From positions 62,001 to 126,000 of the forward strand of contig CM060735.1 in NCBI GenBank assembly GCA_030704615.1: 64,000 bases of DNA, given 5' to 3'. This document shows, in pieces, positions 42,959 through 54,540 of this stretch. Positions within the stretch are counted from its first letter, which is position 1. Every line of letters starts with the position of its first letter. Source of the stretch: Takakia lepidozioides (lineage: Eukaryota > Plantae > Bryophyta). Below the pieces are notes generated by a model. The model was not told the origin of the DNA and searched no databases. It saw nothing but the letters and a program-made list of their open reading frames with translations. Position numbers and translations under genes: made by a program.

Positions 42959-45030
42959 TCCGTTGAAATTAATAGGACTTAAGTCCTAAGAAAGAGACTT
43001 GGCAAGCTCGGGAAAGAAAAAAACCTAAGCTCTCAACGGTTCTTCGAAAAGCGAAAGTATCTTCGTATCTTATGAAGACGAAGGAGTGTGCGTCTGGGAC
43101 AGGGTACTTAGTAGATGAATTAGGTGGTAATTTTTCGTTAGGTGCCCGTGGAAGTTTTGCCTATGATGCTTGTGGCGTTTCTTCCACGGTCATTTGACAT
43201 ACTGATCTCTAGGTTCTTTAGCTTTGTCGCGCAAAGATGCTTAGCTTTCAACTTGTTGTATTTAGCTTCCGCTACACGCTCATCAGCGTCATCTAGACGT
43301 GGCTGTTTATCAGTACTTATTTTTATTTTTTCACTCAACCAACAGTTGATTACGAGCCTTAATTTCTTTCATTTCACGCTTTTCAGCCTCTTTCAACAGC
43401 TGATCCGCGTTTTTAGCTTTCTCAGTAAGCACCTGATAATCGAACTTCAGCTTTTCCAACTTTAGGTTCTTTTCTTGCAATTCTAATTTATTCGCCTCAT
43501 TTAAATTATCCACGTACCCGGGATATGACCAAGTACCCCCCGCCGCAGTAGACGCGTCTATCGCACTACCAGCTATCTTAACAGCCTCTACAGACAGGGT
43601 TTTCCTTCGCGAAGTTACCTGTGAGTTGTTGAACAAAGCTAGGTGTATCCATAAGTTTTTACTTTTATTTCATCCGGTTCTATGGCGGGATCTGGCAACC
43701 ACTATATAAATGAATAATCATAAATAGAAATCATCGACAACCCTTATAAGTAAGGGGGTCTGCTTTGAGGAAATCGTACCAAATAGGATTCCCATCGTAC
43801 TAGAAAAAACTGGAAAGACATAATCCAATAACTTAAGTTAAGGACCTTCCATTAGATAATAAATTTAGATTAAATTTATAAAAAGTTTTTAGAATTCTCA
43901 TAAATTTTTGCGGTCTTCCACAAGGTTTGCGGGGAGTTGCGACCACCGAATTCGCCTCGGAATTTAATTGCCGAATTTTCCAATGATCTGTCCAAGTTGC
44001 GGGCAAATATGGGCAAATATCCATAAAATATTTCGCAAACCTGGCAGATCTTCGCAAAAATGATAGATAATTCTGGAAACTTTGTGTGGTTGTTTATGTA
44101 ATTTCATTTAAACAACCTTTAATCTACGAAATATTTTAAACTCTAAACCTAAGATTCCACAATAAACGAAGATAATAAGATTATGTTTATTTTTCCATCT
44201 ATGCAATTGGAGGATACACCTTCTTGACCTCTAGACGTTGGGGATACTGAAGGCCCAGATCCTTACCTACCAGGGTTACTCGTTCTTGTAGGGGTTTTAT
44301 ATATGTGTCTACCTCCCCCTCAGGAAAGGCCGAAATATTCCCGTCATGAAAATGGGGTCTGGGTTCCACCGCGGGGTTGCTTCGGCTATAATAGCCAACT
44401 CGTAGGATTGGAGATACGAGGCGTAGACCGAAGGAAATGCGGTTTCCGTCACAAGGTAAGTTTGGCCGGGAGGCCCCGTCAACAACTCGTCTTCATATAT
44501 CTCATATACAGTGTCGGGTACGTTCCGAAGGTCTGGGATTATATCCGTCCGTTGGAGCGCACTCACGACTTCCACGGCTCTCTCATATCCCCCTTCATAG
44601 TCTGGCAATTCCTTGAATTCATTCATTGTTAACCCAAGGCCTTTACGTTCAGACTCAAGGATTCCCTGAATAACAGCGTTGTTGCCTTCTCCTGAGTTGC
44701 TATTCGAACCAATGTTTTGTGGTAGAAGTTCTCAAAAACTCTTTTGACAAATCATTGTTCTAGATATTATTTCCAAAGAGAGCCTTTGCTCCAGGTTTCT
44801 AATGTAGAAGGGGGGGGGGGGAGAGAACCCTAAAAGAATCGTAGTATAGCACGATGCTAGGTCCACATCCACGATTCGTTATCCTTCCCCCTTTCCATCA
44901 AATAGAACCCACTTCAGTTAAGTACATTTCTCTTATTGCTCGTTCAACAACCAAGTTAAACGAATCTTTATAACATAACTATTTAGGTACAATACGAGGG
45001 CGCAGCTTACTTTTCTTCTTGCCGATTTAA

Positions 45031-46571
45031 CTCTCTAGGTTGGATTCGAACCAACGACCCAATGGATAGAGTAATCTTTTTGGAAGGATAAGTAATGGGC
45101 GGCCTTGGTGTTAGGCGAAGAAGGCTTCAATAATCATACAAGATACTTGATGAAAGCAAGTCATACATACATTGCGTTCATGTATAACATCGCAGTTATT
45201 GAGTCAGACCCACCATCATGATATAATCCTTCAAAACGCTCCCCTCCGAACCGTGCTTGCAAGATCTCCAAGCACACGGCTCTTGCTCGGTATTCGAAAC
45301 TAGCATAATTGAACAAATATGATAGATGGTCTTTATCAGCCAGATTCAACGAAAAAATTTATTTTTTTTTTCTGCTTCTATGAAGACCAAGTTCATACCA
45401 TGACTGCATAATAATGGTTAAAACACTGATTCCCTTCCAATTCATTGTACTATGGAAACTCTGACGCCATTGCTGATGGTTCCGACACTGAGAGCACCAG
45501 GCCGCGGAGTGCAGCATATATATATATTTTTTTTCCGACCCGCCCCCGCTTTGCGGGAACTCTAGGCCCGGATTTACCCACTTTGTTCCCATAGCTCATT
45601 CCCGAATGAGAGGCCGAAGGAGGAGGAAAAATATAAATAATTAAAGCTCTCTTCCTTAGGGAAAGGGGGCTTTTGGAGAAGAAGCAAGTCCGGGGTTTTG
45701 CGGTTTAGGGGCCTTCAGTGCTTAATTAAGCCTGCCAGGGAGGGCGTTCCTGAATCATCCGAGGAGGTCCTCACTTAGGATCGCTTTAGGTTTAAGTTAT
45801 TTTTAGTGCTATGGACGAAGCCGCAGGTCAAGCAATCGAATGTAGCAAGTTCATCCGCCTACGCGCATAGCTTGATAGCTACAAGCGAGCTAAACACAAT
45901 GCATCCTGCATCTCGTGGAGAAATCCATGATGAGTGCTTGGCACGACTGCATCTGTTCCACATGATCAGTATGACTCTCCTGTTAACCGTGAAAAGCATA
46001 TGTAAGAAACAGAGCCTACAAAGGCTTTGGTTATTTGCTTCAAGTATAATCAACCTCTTGGAAACCCGATCTATCTAGGTGCAAACAGCCAAACCAATAC
46101 CATGCTTGCAAGGGAGATTCAAAGTAGCAGATTCTGCAACTTGTTGATCATTCAGGTTTTAGTGGAAAAACCACTTGGCTTTCATTCAGTTATGCAATAA
46201 CATAGTAATTAAATGCTACGCCATGGATCTACGTAGATCCAAGGTTCGGGATTGAACACTACGCGCGCCTTGAAAGAGATGAAAAATCCACACATTGTAT
46301 GCTCGATAGCTCGACCATGCCGTGCTTACATGGATAGGAGTCAAAAAAACCCAAATGACTTGCGTTTAACCATAAGGTTTATCCATATGAGGCCTAACTT
46401 AGACATAGTCTATAACATCATGCTACGTTTCCTAAATTCGTTTCCAAATGAAGGTAAGGTATTTTTTTAGACATGCTCTGAACGATGCCACAGTAAAAAG
46501 CTAAATCCTGTACCAATATATTCAGCGCACTTAACAGCCGCCATTTGCTCTAACCGCTGAGCCACTAGAGA
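45031..46571 (-). tRNA. trnN: Split tRNA-Asn(GUU) (exons 46571-46531, 45065-45031), with a 3-nt duplication in the anticodon arm; possibly a pseudogene
   Basis: TCTCTAGTGGCTCAGCGGTTAGAGCAAATGG[CGG]CTGTTAA|GTGCG ... CTCTAT|CCATTGGGTCGTTGGTTCGAATCCAACCTAGAGAG; acceptor, D and T stems all pair. Confidence 0.85.
45066..46530 (-). mobile_element. Group II intron in trnN(GUU) after canonical position 38
   Basis: GTGCG 5' end; domain V GAGCCGTGTGCTTGGAGATCTTGCAAGCACGGTTC near 45248-45282; long domain VI ending TTACTCTAT. Confidence 0.87.
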
Positions 46572-47330
46572 AGAGGCACAAAAAAAAAATATTTGGCTGC
46601 GCTTTGCGCCTTTGGCCATAGGGGCAGGAGTTGTAGTAAAGGGGTTTGGATTGAATAAAAGAGATAAATGCATCAAGGGCAATGCAGTAACTTGGAGAAG
46701 AGAACGAGCCGCCATGCCACCTTTATTCGCCGCCTCGCCCCACGCCTCTTGGCGGTTGCAGCGCGCAGGTCGCAGCAAAATATTTCACAAAATATAGAAT
46801 TTGTTTACTTCTCAATTCCTCGACCAGGAAAATGTAAAGCAGGACTTGAGTCGTCCGCCCAGCTTATTGTCTAACGCACGTCAGAAAAATATATATAGTT
46901 TTTAACCTTTCCTTCTCGTCGCCCCACACCACATTATTGACTTCACGAGGGAAGGGCGGGACTTTAGTCCCGGAAAACGTTAGCTTTCCGGGGGTTTCCC
47001 CAGCAGAGGTTTACCCGCTTTCTTTGCTTCGCGAAGAAGAGGGGCAGAGATTGGAAGGGCGCAGCAGAGAAACGCTTCTTATAAAACGCGTACCAAGAAA
47101 TATTCGTTCTCTTCTCTTCGACCCTTGATTCGCTGCGCGAATCAAGTTGGTTCCTGTCCAAATATACGGGTGCCCTCTTTTTCGAAGGTTTATTACACTC
47201 GTCGTTGCACCAAAATACATACTTTTTTCATTGTTCACTCCGTCCCTTCAGAAAACGAAGGTCGTTCCAGAAAATAAAAATATATATTTCTATTTCCGAG
47301 CCTCTTCATGGCTTCAGAGAGCTGAAGCCC

Positions 47331-47936
47331 CTAGATATCTCTTATTTTTTTTATAGTATTCCGAAAATCTATAGCATTTTGTCGAAACACATCCTGTCTT
47401 TTGACCCGAGTAGTTTTATGCATAGTAGGTACTATAGCCCCAATCATGGCTACTAATGAAATAAGACTAGAAACCAAAAACAAAACAAAATAGGTGGTAT
47501 AAAGTAAATTGCCTAATGTTTCCAAATTAGTCCAACTTTGTATCTTTTCAGCATAAACTGTATATGTTGGATAGGTTGTATTCAATTTCGTTGGTAATAT
47601 TGGAATGTAATCATTATCTACAATGAAAAAAATTTCCAACAAAAAAATAAGTCCAATAATACCACCCACGGGTAAATAGCGCAATACATTCTCGTGAATT
47701 TCTGCTATTTTAATATTTAACATCATAACTACAAATGAAGATGAAACGGCAATAGCTCCTACATAAACCACTAAAAAAATCATAGCAGAGGAGTCAGGAC
47801 CTAACAAAACGAGTAAACCTGAAGTGTTTAAAAAAACTGGGATGGAAAATGAAACGGAATGGACTGGATTTTTAGCACGTATCGCCATAACACTAGAGAC
47901 CGAAGCAATGCTCGGAGAAACAGAAAAAAGTATCGT
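47331..47936 (-). CDS. nad6: NADH dehydrogenase subunit 6 (ACG start; 201 aa)
   Basis: (M)ILFSV..AKNPVHSV..LVVYVGAIAV..AMIGAIV. Confidence 0.95.
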   Translation of the reverse strand, partial: TILFSVSPSIASVSSVMAIRAKNPVHSVSFSIPVFLNTSGLLVLLGPDSSAMIFLVVYVGAIAVSSSFVVMMLNIKIAEIHENVLRYLPVGGIIGLIFLLEIFFIVDNDYIPILPTKLNTTYPTYTVYAEKIQSWTNLETLGNLLYTTYFVLFLVSSLISLVAMIGAIVPTMHKTTRVKRQDVFRQNAIDFRNTIKKIRDI

Positions 47937-49285
47937 GGTTATTTTACTAAGTCCCTTTTATCATTTGCTTTAACAATGAAAAAAGAAATATACATTTTTT
48001 TTCTACTTCTACCCATCATCAGTTTTCTAGATGGTGCAAGCAAACACCAGCCAAGCCGAAAAACAACTAGAGCCAACACGGGTACGCGGCGCAAGAAGGC
48101 TGTTGGCCCCATACCATACCCACAGAGATCCTGCTGGGATTGCTGGGCCAGGAGAAGGTGTGCGAAATAAGAGGGCTTTCGATACGAAAGAAGCCTTCGG
48201 TTATAATTTAAGGTGCGCAGCCAGAAGTAAGCCAATAAAAATCTGTAGTTTTCTGCCTTCTCCGCCTCCCCCTGCCTCGGGCGTAGTCCATTAGAAGGCT
48301 TCGTGAAGAGACATCATAAATAAATGTCTCAGGTTCTCTACTTGCTACCTCAGTCGAGTGGATAAATCCCGATGTATCGTAATAGTAAATGCATGGCGGA
48401 GTATGCGGATAGTTATATACAGAACTATCTTTCGCCCGCATTATGAAGCCCATAAATCATTCTTTGACTCGTGAATTCGCACAAAGCAGATTCATCATGT
48501 ATGATAATTAATGACCATATTTTTTATACACTCTATTCCTTGTGCCCCGGAGAGACTTTCATCACCGGAGGCTCCAACAAGAGCTTAAACGGCTTTGAGT
48601 AGTTTCCGTAGGGAACGATTCTTTAATTAGCTATGTAAATGAGCGCTTTTCACTTTTGCTTTTTGACCAATTGAAAAAAAAAAAAATATATATATATATA
48701 TCTCTTTTCTCGATTCTTGGTAAAAATTGGAAAGCACATGGTTGGGGTCGAAGACCCCACCTGGTTGGCTTGTGGGATGGAGGCAGGGAGAGAGGCTTAA
48801 AGACTTTGAGGTTTATTTTCCCCCAAAAGAAGCATAAATGGCGTGAAATCACGCGAACTTCGTCCATTGGCTTAACGAAGGCACGCGGCGGACAAAGAAA
48901 AAATATAGGCGCGCATCGAAAAGAGAGATATATATATCTTTTTCTCATATATATGAAAAAATGCAGAAAAGTGGAAAAAAAAGATTTTTTTTACTCTCCA
49001 AATCAATTTGATTTCGGTTTAGCCTCCTTTTCCTGAAAAGCTACCATTCATTGTTCGGGGAAGAGAAAAACACATAAATATAAATTAACGCCCTATTCGC
49101 TGCGCAAATGTAGGGCGAGTCAGGCTTGGCTTCGAGGTATTTTTTCATATATATATGAAGAAATGCCGAAATAAATAAAAATATTTTTTTATTTCCTCTC
49201 AAGACTTCGCCTCGAAAACCATCAAGCAACGAAGCGGCTTATTGGTTTCGCCTTGCGCTGAGACAAAAAAAAAAGATAATTCATC

Positions 49286-50720
49286 ACGGCTTGCAGTCCA
49301 CCAGAACAATTTGCAATTATTCCATTGATTTCTATTCATATAGGAAATTTGTATCTTTCATCTACGTGCGGAGCTCGCGCCCACTACTCGATGGTGGAAA
49401 CACTTCGTCGGGGTTTTAGACGATAATCCAACTCCCGTTCACCCCGATGCCGCGGAGTCAGGAAAGTGTTCTGTGCAGGATAGGTTTACGAATCTCGATG
49501 ATGGCCGCTCCTTTGGAGGGGGGACGAATATGAGGACTGATCTACTCGAGTAGTCGATGGTAAACGGTGAAAGGAAGCCCCTGGGTCGGGATACAAACCA
49601 TGTTCACGCCGGCACACGCTGGTCAAGCCTAGAGAATCCTGGACAGAACGCGCGGGTAGATAAGATGGGGTGACGGCTATGAGGGCGAGTGCCCAGGGGA
49701 CTGTGGAATGCGCTCGAGGATGGATGGAAAACCTCCCACAGAAGAAGCGGCGAGGAATGTAGTCCCGGCTCTCTTCGGCCGAGTTAAAAAATAAAAAATT
49801 TTTTATCGATCCCTTCATATATATGAAAAATGTGGTTTGTAAAGAAACAACCTGGAGATGGCTGCCGAGATGGGGCCTCTATTGAGCCTTCGGCCTCTTC
49901 ATACACGGGTCATGAGGAGAGAGGAGCCGTATGATGGGAGACTATCACGTACGGTTCCATAGGAGGGGAACAGCTTTCAAACCTCAGGCCGAAGGTGGAC
50001 ATGGAGCAGAAAAAAAAAGATTTTTATTTCCCCTACCAACCCAATTCATCTTTGTTCATGCCACCAACTATCAGTTTAGTATTGCTTCTAGTTCATTTTG
50101 TCACCCTGAATGGAGGACACTCAGTACCAAATGCTCGGCAATCCTTTGTGGAAATGATTTATGATTTTGTGCTTAACTTGGTGAACGAACAAATAAGCGG
50201 CGCTTCTTCGATGAAACAACGATTTTTCCCCCTAATCTTTGTCACTTTTACTTCTTCATTATTTCGTAATCTTATTGGTATGATACCCCATAGTTTTACA
50301 GTAACAAGTCATTTTATAATTACCCTGGGTCTTCCATTATCTCTTTCTATTGGAATCACTATAGTTGGATTTCAAACGCATGGGCTTCATTTTTTCAGTT
50401 TGTCATTACCGCAAGGAGTACCCTTGTCGTTAGCACCTTTCTTAGTACCTCCCGAGCCAATCCCTCATCGTTTCCGCGCATTAAGTTCAGGAATACGTTT
50501 ATTTGCCAATATGATGGCTGGTCATAGTTTAGTCAAGATTTTGAGTGGGTTTGCTCGGACTATGCTATCTATGGGGGGTATTATGTATTTAGCACATCTT
50601 GCTCCTTTTTTGATAGTATTCGCATCAACTGGTTCAGAATTAGGTGTTGCCATATTACAAGCTTATGTTTCTACCATTTCAATTCGTATTTACTTAAATG
50701 ATGCTATAAACCTTCATTAA
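49286..50720 (+). CDS. atp6: ATP synthase subunit a; exons 49286-49365, 50042-50720 (759 nt, 252 aa; ACG start)
   Basis: (M)ACSP(P>L)EQF..T|NSSLFM..GIRLFANMMAGH..VAILQAYV. Confidence 0.95.
49366..50041 (+). mobile_element. Group II intron atp6i80
   Basis: GTGCGG start; domain V GAGCCGTATGATGGGAGACTATCACGTACGGTTC at 49924. Confidence 0.92.
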
Positions 50721-51413
50721 AAAACTGGTGGAGAAAGCACCAAACCAGTTGCTACATCACTTCCTCACTTTCAAGCGCGTCATCATCAACCGTAATGAAA
50801 GAGCTGGATTTGCTTTTGATGACGCAGAATGATGCACACCAATAGTCGGAGACCTTTGAGAACGCGCGGGATGCGAAAAGCTACGAAAAAAAAAATATTA
50901 TATATATATTTCGCTGCGCCCTGCGGCCTTGCAGAGTTCCCTGTTGGCGGAAGCCAATGTCCCGGGACCTCGGGGACTAATTCCTACCGAGACAAGGAGG
51001 CCGCAGGTACTCCCCCCCCCCCTCCCCCCCGCTCGACAAAAGCCCCCTCCGATCGCCTCATTCACAGGAAGTGTGCAGGTACTCATGCGCGCTACCTGCG
51101 GGGTGCGCAAAAAGAATATAGATTTGCTGCGCCCACTCTCTCCCAAAACCTCCCCGATCCGGCTCGGAGAAGGAGCAAGCTTGCCTTCGGCTGGGACGCT
51201 TGGCGTTTGATTCTCAGGAAGGGCGAATGATTCGAAATTCTGGTAGAGGCCATGAATAAATCGGGGGGCCTCTGAGTAGCCAAGCGCATAATGAAGCTTG
51301 GGTTGTTTCCTCTCCCCAGGGTGGGGCACGAGGAGGCGAAGCGCATTATTCAGAAGCTTTTCTGCGCTTCGCCTCCTCCGTGGCCCGATCCTTCTTATCA
51401 CACTTCGAATAGT

Positions 51414-52145
51414 TTACCACCATCTATAATGCGAAAAACTACGATTGGCTTGAGCAAGTTTATGAAGATCATCCCTTTTTTTACGTGCAATCCCCATCTT
51501 TCGGGAAGCATCCAATATCTCATCAGACAAACATTGATCTAGGCTTATGCTCTTTTTGCTCATACGTCGTTTGGCTGCTGCTTCGAGCATCCAACGAATA
51601 GCTAAGGTTTCTTGACGATTTGTTGCTATAATAGATGGTACTAATTGAGTAGTACCAGAAATTCTTACTTTTTTCACTTCACGAATAGGCTTGACATTTT
51701 CTATGGCGTTGACCAAAAGTTTTATTACATCGCCATGATGAGCTGGACAATGAAAAGTTTTATAAACAATAGCACGAGATCTCGTTTTTTTACCATCAAT
51801 CATGCAAATATGGACCGATTTTTTTATTAATTGTTTTTGTTTACCATTCAAGCCCCGGATATAGCCAAAATTGTCTGAGCAATTGTATGTGCTTGCCCCA
51901 CGGCCCCTGGGTCTTGATGGCACATGCCCTGGAAGGGCATAGCATAAATATCTACGATGGGATAAGCAAAGCGCAGAAAAGCTTTCTGGAAAAAAAAATA
52001 TATTTTTTCCGCTAAATGGCCAAAAACTTGGCCAATTTTCCTTTTTTTTCGTTCCCGCTTTTTCCGAAAGTCTTGATTGGTGAAACCAATCAAGGGCTGA
52101 ACCGAAAGCGAAGCTTAAATTCGATGATTTGACAAATAGATTCAT
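51414..52145 (-). CDS. rps7: Ribosomal protein S7 (ATGA overlap with rps12)
   Basis: [37 protein letters not shown]. Confidence 0.93.
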   Translation of the reverse strand: MNLFVKSSNLSFAFGSALDWFHQSRLSEKAGTKKKENWPSFWPFSGKNIFFFPESFSALCLSHRRYLCYALPGHVPSRPRGRGASTYNCSDNFGYIRGLNGKQKQLIKKSVHICMIDGKKTRSRAIVYKTFHCPAHHGDVIKLLVNAIENVKPIREVKKVRISGTTQLVPSIIATNRQETLAIRWMLEAAAKRRMSKKSISLDQCLSDEILDASRKMGIARKKRDDLHKLAQANRSFSHYRWW

Positions 52146-52522
52146 ATAGAATCTTTGGTTTTTTTTGTACCATATTTAGATCTGCCTTGACGTCGACCCG
52201 GTATTCCCTGCAAATCTTTGACTCCTCGAATACGATGGTATTTCACACCTGGCAAATCTTTCACTCTACCTCCTCTAACCATAACCACAGGATGCTCTTG
52301 CGAATTATGACCTTCGCCGGGAATGTAAGCAATTATCTCATTTCGATTGGTTAAACGTACTTTGGCTATCTTGCGTGAAGCTGAATTAGGTTTTTTTGGT
52401 GTTCTTGTCGAAACACGCAGGCATACTCCTTGCTTTTGAGGACATTGATTCGAAGCTCGAGTACGTTGTGTGCGCCGTTTCGACTCTCTACCATGACGAA
52501 TCATTTGATTTATTGTAGGCGT
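52142..52522 (-). CDS. rps12: Ribosomal protein S12 (ACG start; 126 aa)
   Basis: (M)[30 protein letters not shown]. Confidence 0.95.
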   Translation of the reverse strand, partial: TPTINQMIRHGRESKRRTQRTRASNQCPQKQGVCLRVSTRTPKKPNSASRKIAKVRLTNRNEIIAYIPGEGHNSQEHPVVMVRGGRVKDLPGVKYHRIRGVKDLQGIPGRRQGRSKYGTKKTKDSI

Positions 52523-53035
52523 ATTTCACTTACTTGGTTTTTTTCAGAAAGTCGCGTAAAAAAAAAGTTTTTTCCCATTTCTCACGCACGCTCTATTCGC
52601 TACAGGAATAATGGAGCCTGTGGCCGCTACGCCCTGCGGCCTTTCATCGCTATGCTTCCCACGATCCCTATTAACGATGAACGCGCAAAGGAAAAACAAG
52701 ATAGGACGGTTAAAAGACAGAATCAAGGGCGAAGAGACAGAAAAAAAAATATTTATTTTTTCTTGTAGATCATTTTTTAGGCTCTTTTATAATTTATCCT
52801 CTTTTTGCGCCATTGATTGCTAAGCGGCACAGAAGCACCTGCGGCCTCGGATCACTAAGCTAAGCGGAGTCTTCGCATGCTAAGCAACGAAAAAATAAAT
52901 ATTTTTTTAAAAAGAAAAAGAAAATATAGATCTCTTTTTTTCGCTCTTGTATCCTTTTTCAGACAATTTACTACGTGCACCAGAAAGCCCTTTTCGCTTG
53001 GCTTCTGGAGCAACCATAGTAATTGTAAGGAAGGT

Positions 53036-53108
53036 TATCCCTTACGGGATTCGAACCCGTGTTCTCGCCATGAAAAGACGATGTCCTATACCCCTAGACG
53101 AAAGGGAC
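53036..53108 (-). tRNA. trnE: tRNA-Glu(UUC)
   Basis: GTCCCTT..TCGTC-TTTTCAT-GGCGA..GGTTCGAATCC. Confidence 0.93.
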
Positions 53109-53659
53109 GAAATGACTTCGAGGAAAGATGTCCGGCCAGAGCTGCGCTGCGAGAGAAGGAAGTGGCACGATCTGCGGCCTGTTGCTCGTCTATGCGCCAC
53201 TTTTCCCTCCCATCTACGAGAATTCATGACGCTTTCAACTAGAAACAAAAACTCTTTACCTTGTCGACATTAAACATAGCAGTAAACCTTAAACGCAAGC
53301 TAGTCAATTCTTGATCACAAAGTAATCTTCTTCGAACCCGATTACTGGCATGTCGTAATGTATGAAGCCAAACCACGTAACTGCGGTCAAGATGTTGAAT
53401 GATTTGACCACAGTGCTATGACGGGAAACTGTCTCGGATCACGGAAGGCACAAACGCTTAATAATGCAATACGGTAGTAATGGCCTAATTTAAAACAATG
53501 CTTGGTAGTATACCATCGCTTGGGCGAATGGGGTGAAACAGGGTGCAACCTATATATTATATTTTTTTAAATTTGTTAAATATTTCTTCATATATATATT
53601 TTTTTTTCTTCGTAGTGACTCAGCGCAGATGACACGTAGTGCTTAAGAATAATCGACTT

Positions 53660-53733
53660 GTGCTTGTAGCTCAATCGGATAGAGCACCAAACTACGGATT
53701 TGGGGGTTGAGAGTTCGAATCTTTCCAAGCATG
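53660..53733 (+). tRNA. trnR: tRNA-Arg(ACG)
   Basis: CCAAA-CTACGGA-TTTGG cloverleaf. Confidence 0.93.
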
Positions 53734-53834
53734 GGCCTATCAATCAAATTGTACTAAGGGAATACGTCCGATAGGTGTAAAGTAAGCAGTTCCAATCAGA
53801 CGTATTTTATTATCTCCCTGCTCTGTCGGAGCTG

Positions 53835-53906
53835 GCGGAAATAGCTTAATGGTAGAGTATAGCCTTGCCAAGGCTGAGGTTGAGGGTTCAAGTCCCTTTT
53901 TCCGCT
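53835..53906 (+). tRNA. trnG: tRNA-Gly(GCC)
   Basis: TAGCC-TTGCCAA-GGCTG cloverleaf. Confidence 0.93.
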
Positions 53907-54540
53907 TGGGTTGATATTAACTGGGTCTTCCCTTGTGGTTTCGCGGAGACGAAGTTGTTGTGGTCACCGGCGAAGCGGGCCGAAGGCACCGGGAGAGAGT
54001 GGCCAAGAGAACCAGGGACCAAGTTGCTTGGCCTCGGGGCCGCAGGCCACAGGAGGCGCAGCTTCAGATATTCGGAAAAGAGAGAAAGGAAAAATATTTT
54101 TTATTGGCTACCACCCGCCACGCCGCGGCGGGGAGATGAATCATTTGTCATGATCCAGGGCGCAGGTGCACCCATCCTTCTTCGCGCTGCGGGGGTCATT
54201 GCCCCGCGAAACGCGGTGAAACCGGTGCTGCGCCCACATTATCCGCATAACAAATGATGGGGGCTTGGAACCGGGAGGATGGAGGAATGAAACGGTACGG
54301 AGAGTCATTGGAGGCACAGTGCTTTCCCTGTTCTTAGCAAAGGCCAAATAAAATACCTGCGAAAAAAATTAGTTTTTTTCATCGCGGCCCGCGAAAAGCT
54401 ACGCCCTGCGGCCTTGCTCGAATTCAGCCTTAAATCCAAGCCAGACTCGCGGATTATGCAATTACTATGGTGAATTTAACACTTACCAAGAAAATAAAAT
54501 TTTTTTATATTTCTCCGAACCGGCAGAGAAATCTCACAAC

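Noticed and set aside
43561-43566. GTGCGA as the 5' end of the orphan intron at 42893-42958
   Set aside because: It is not preceded by nad1 exon sequence and no domain I motifs are recognisable.
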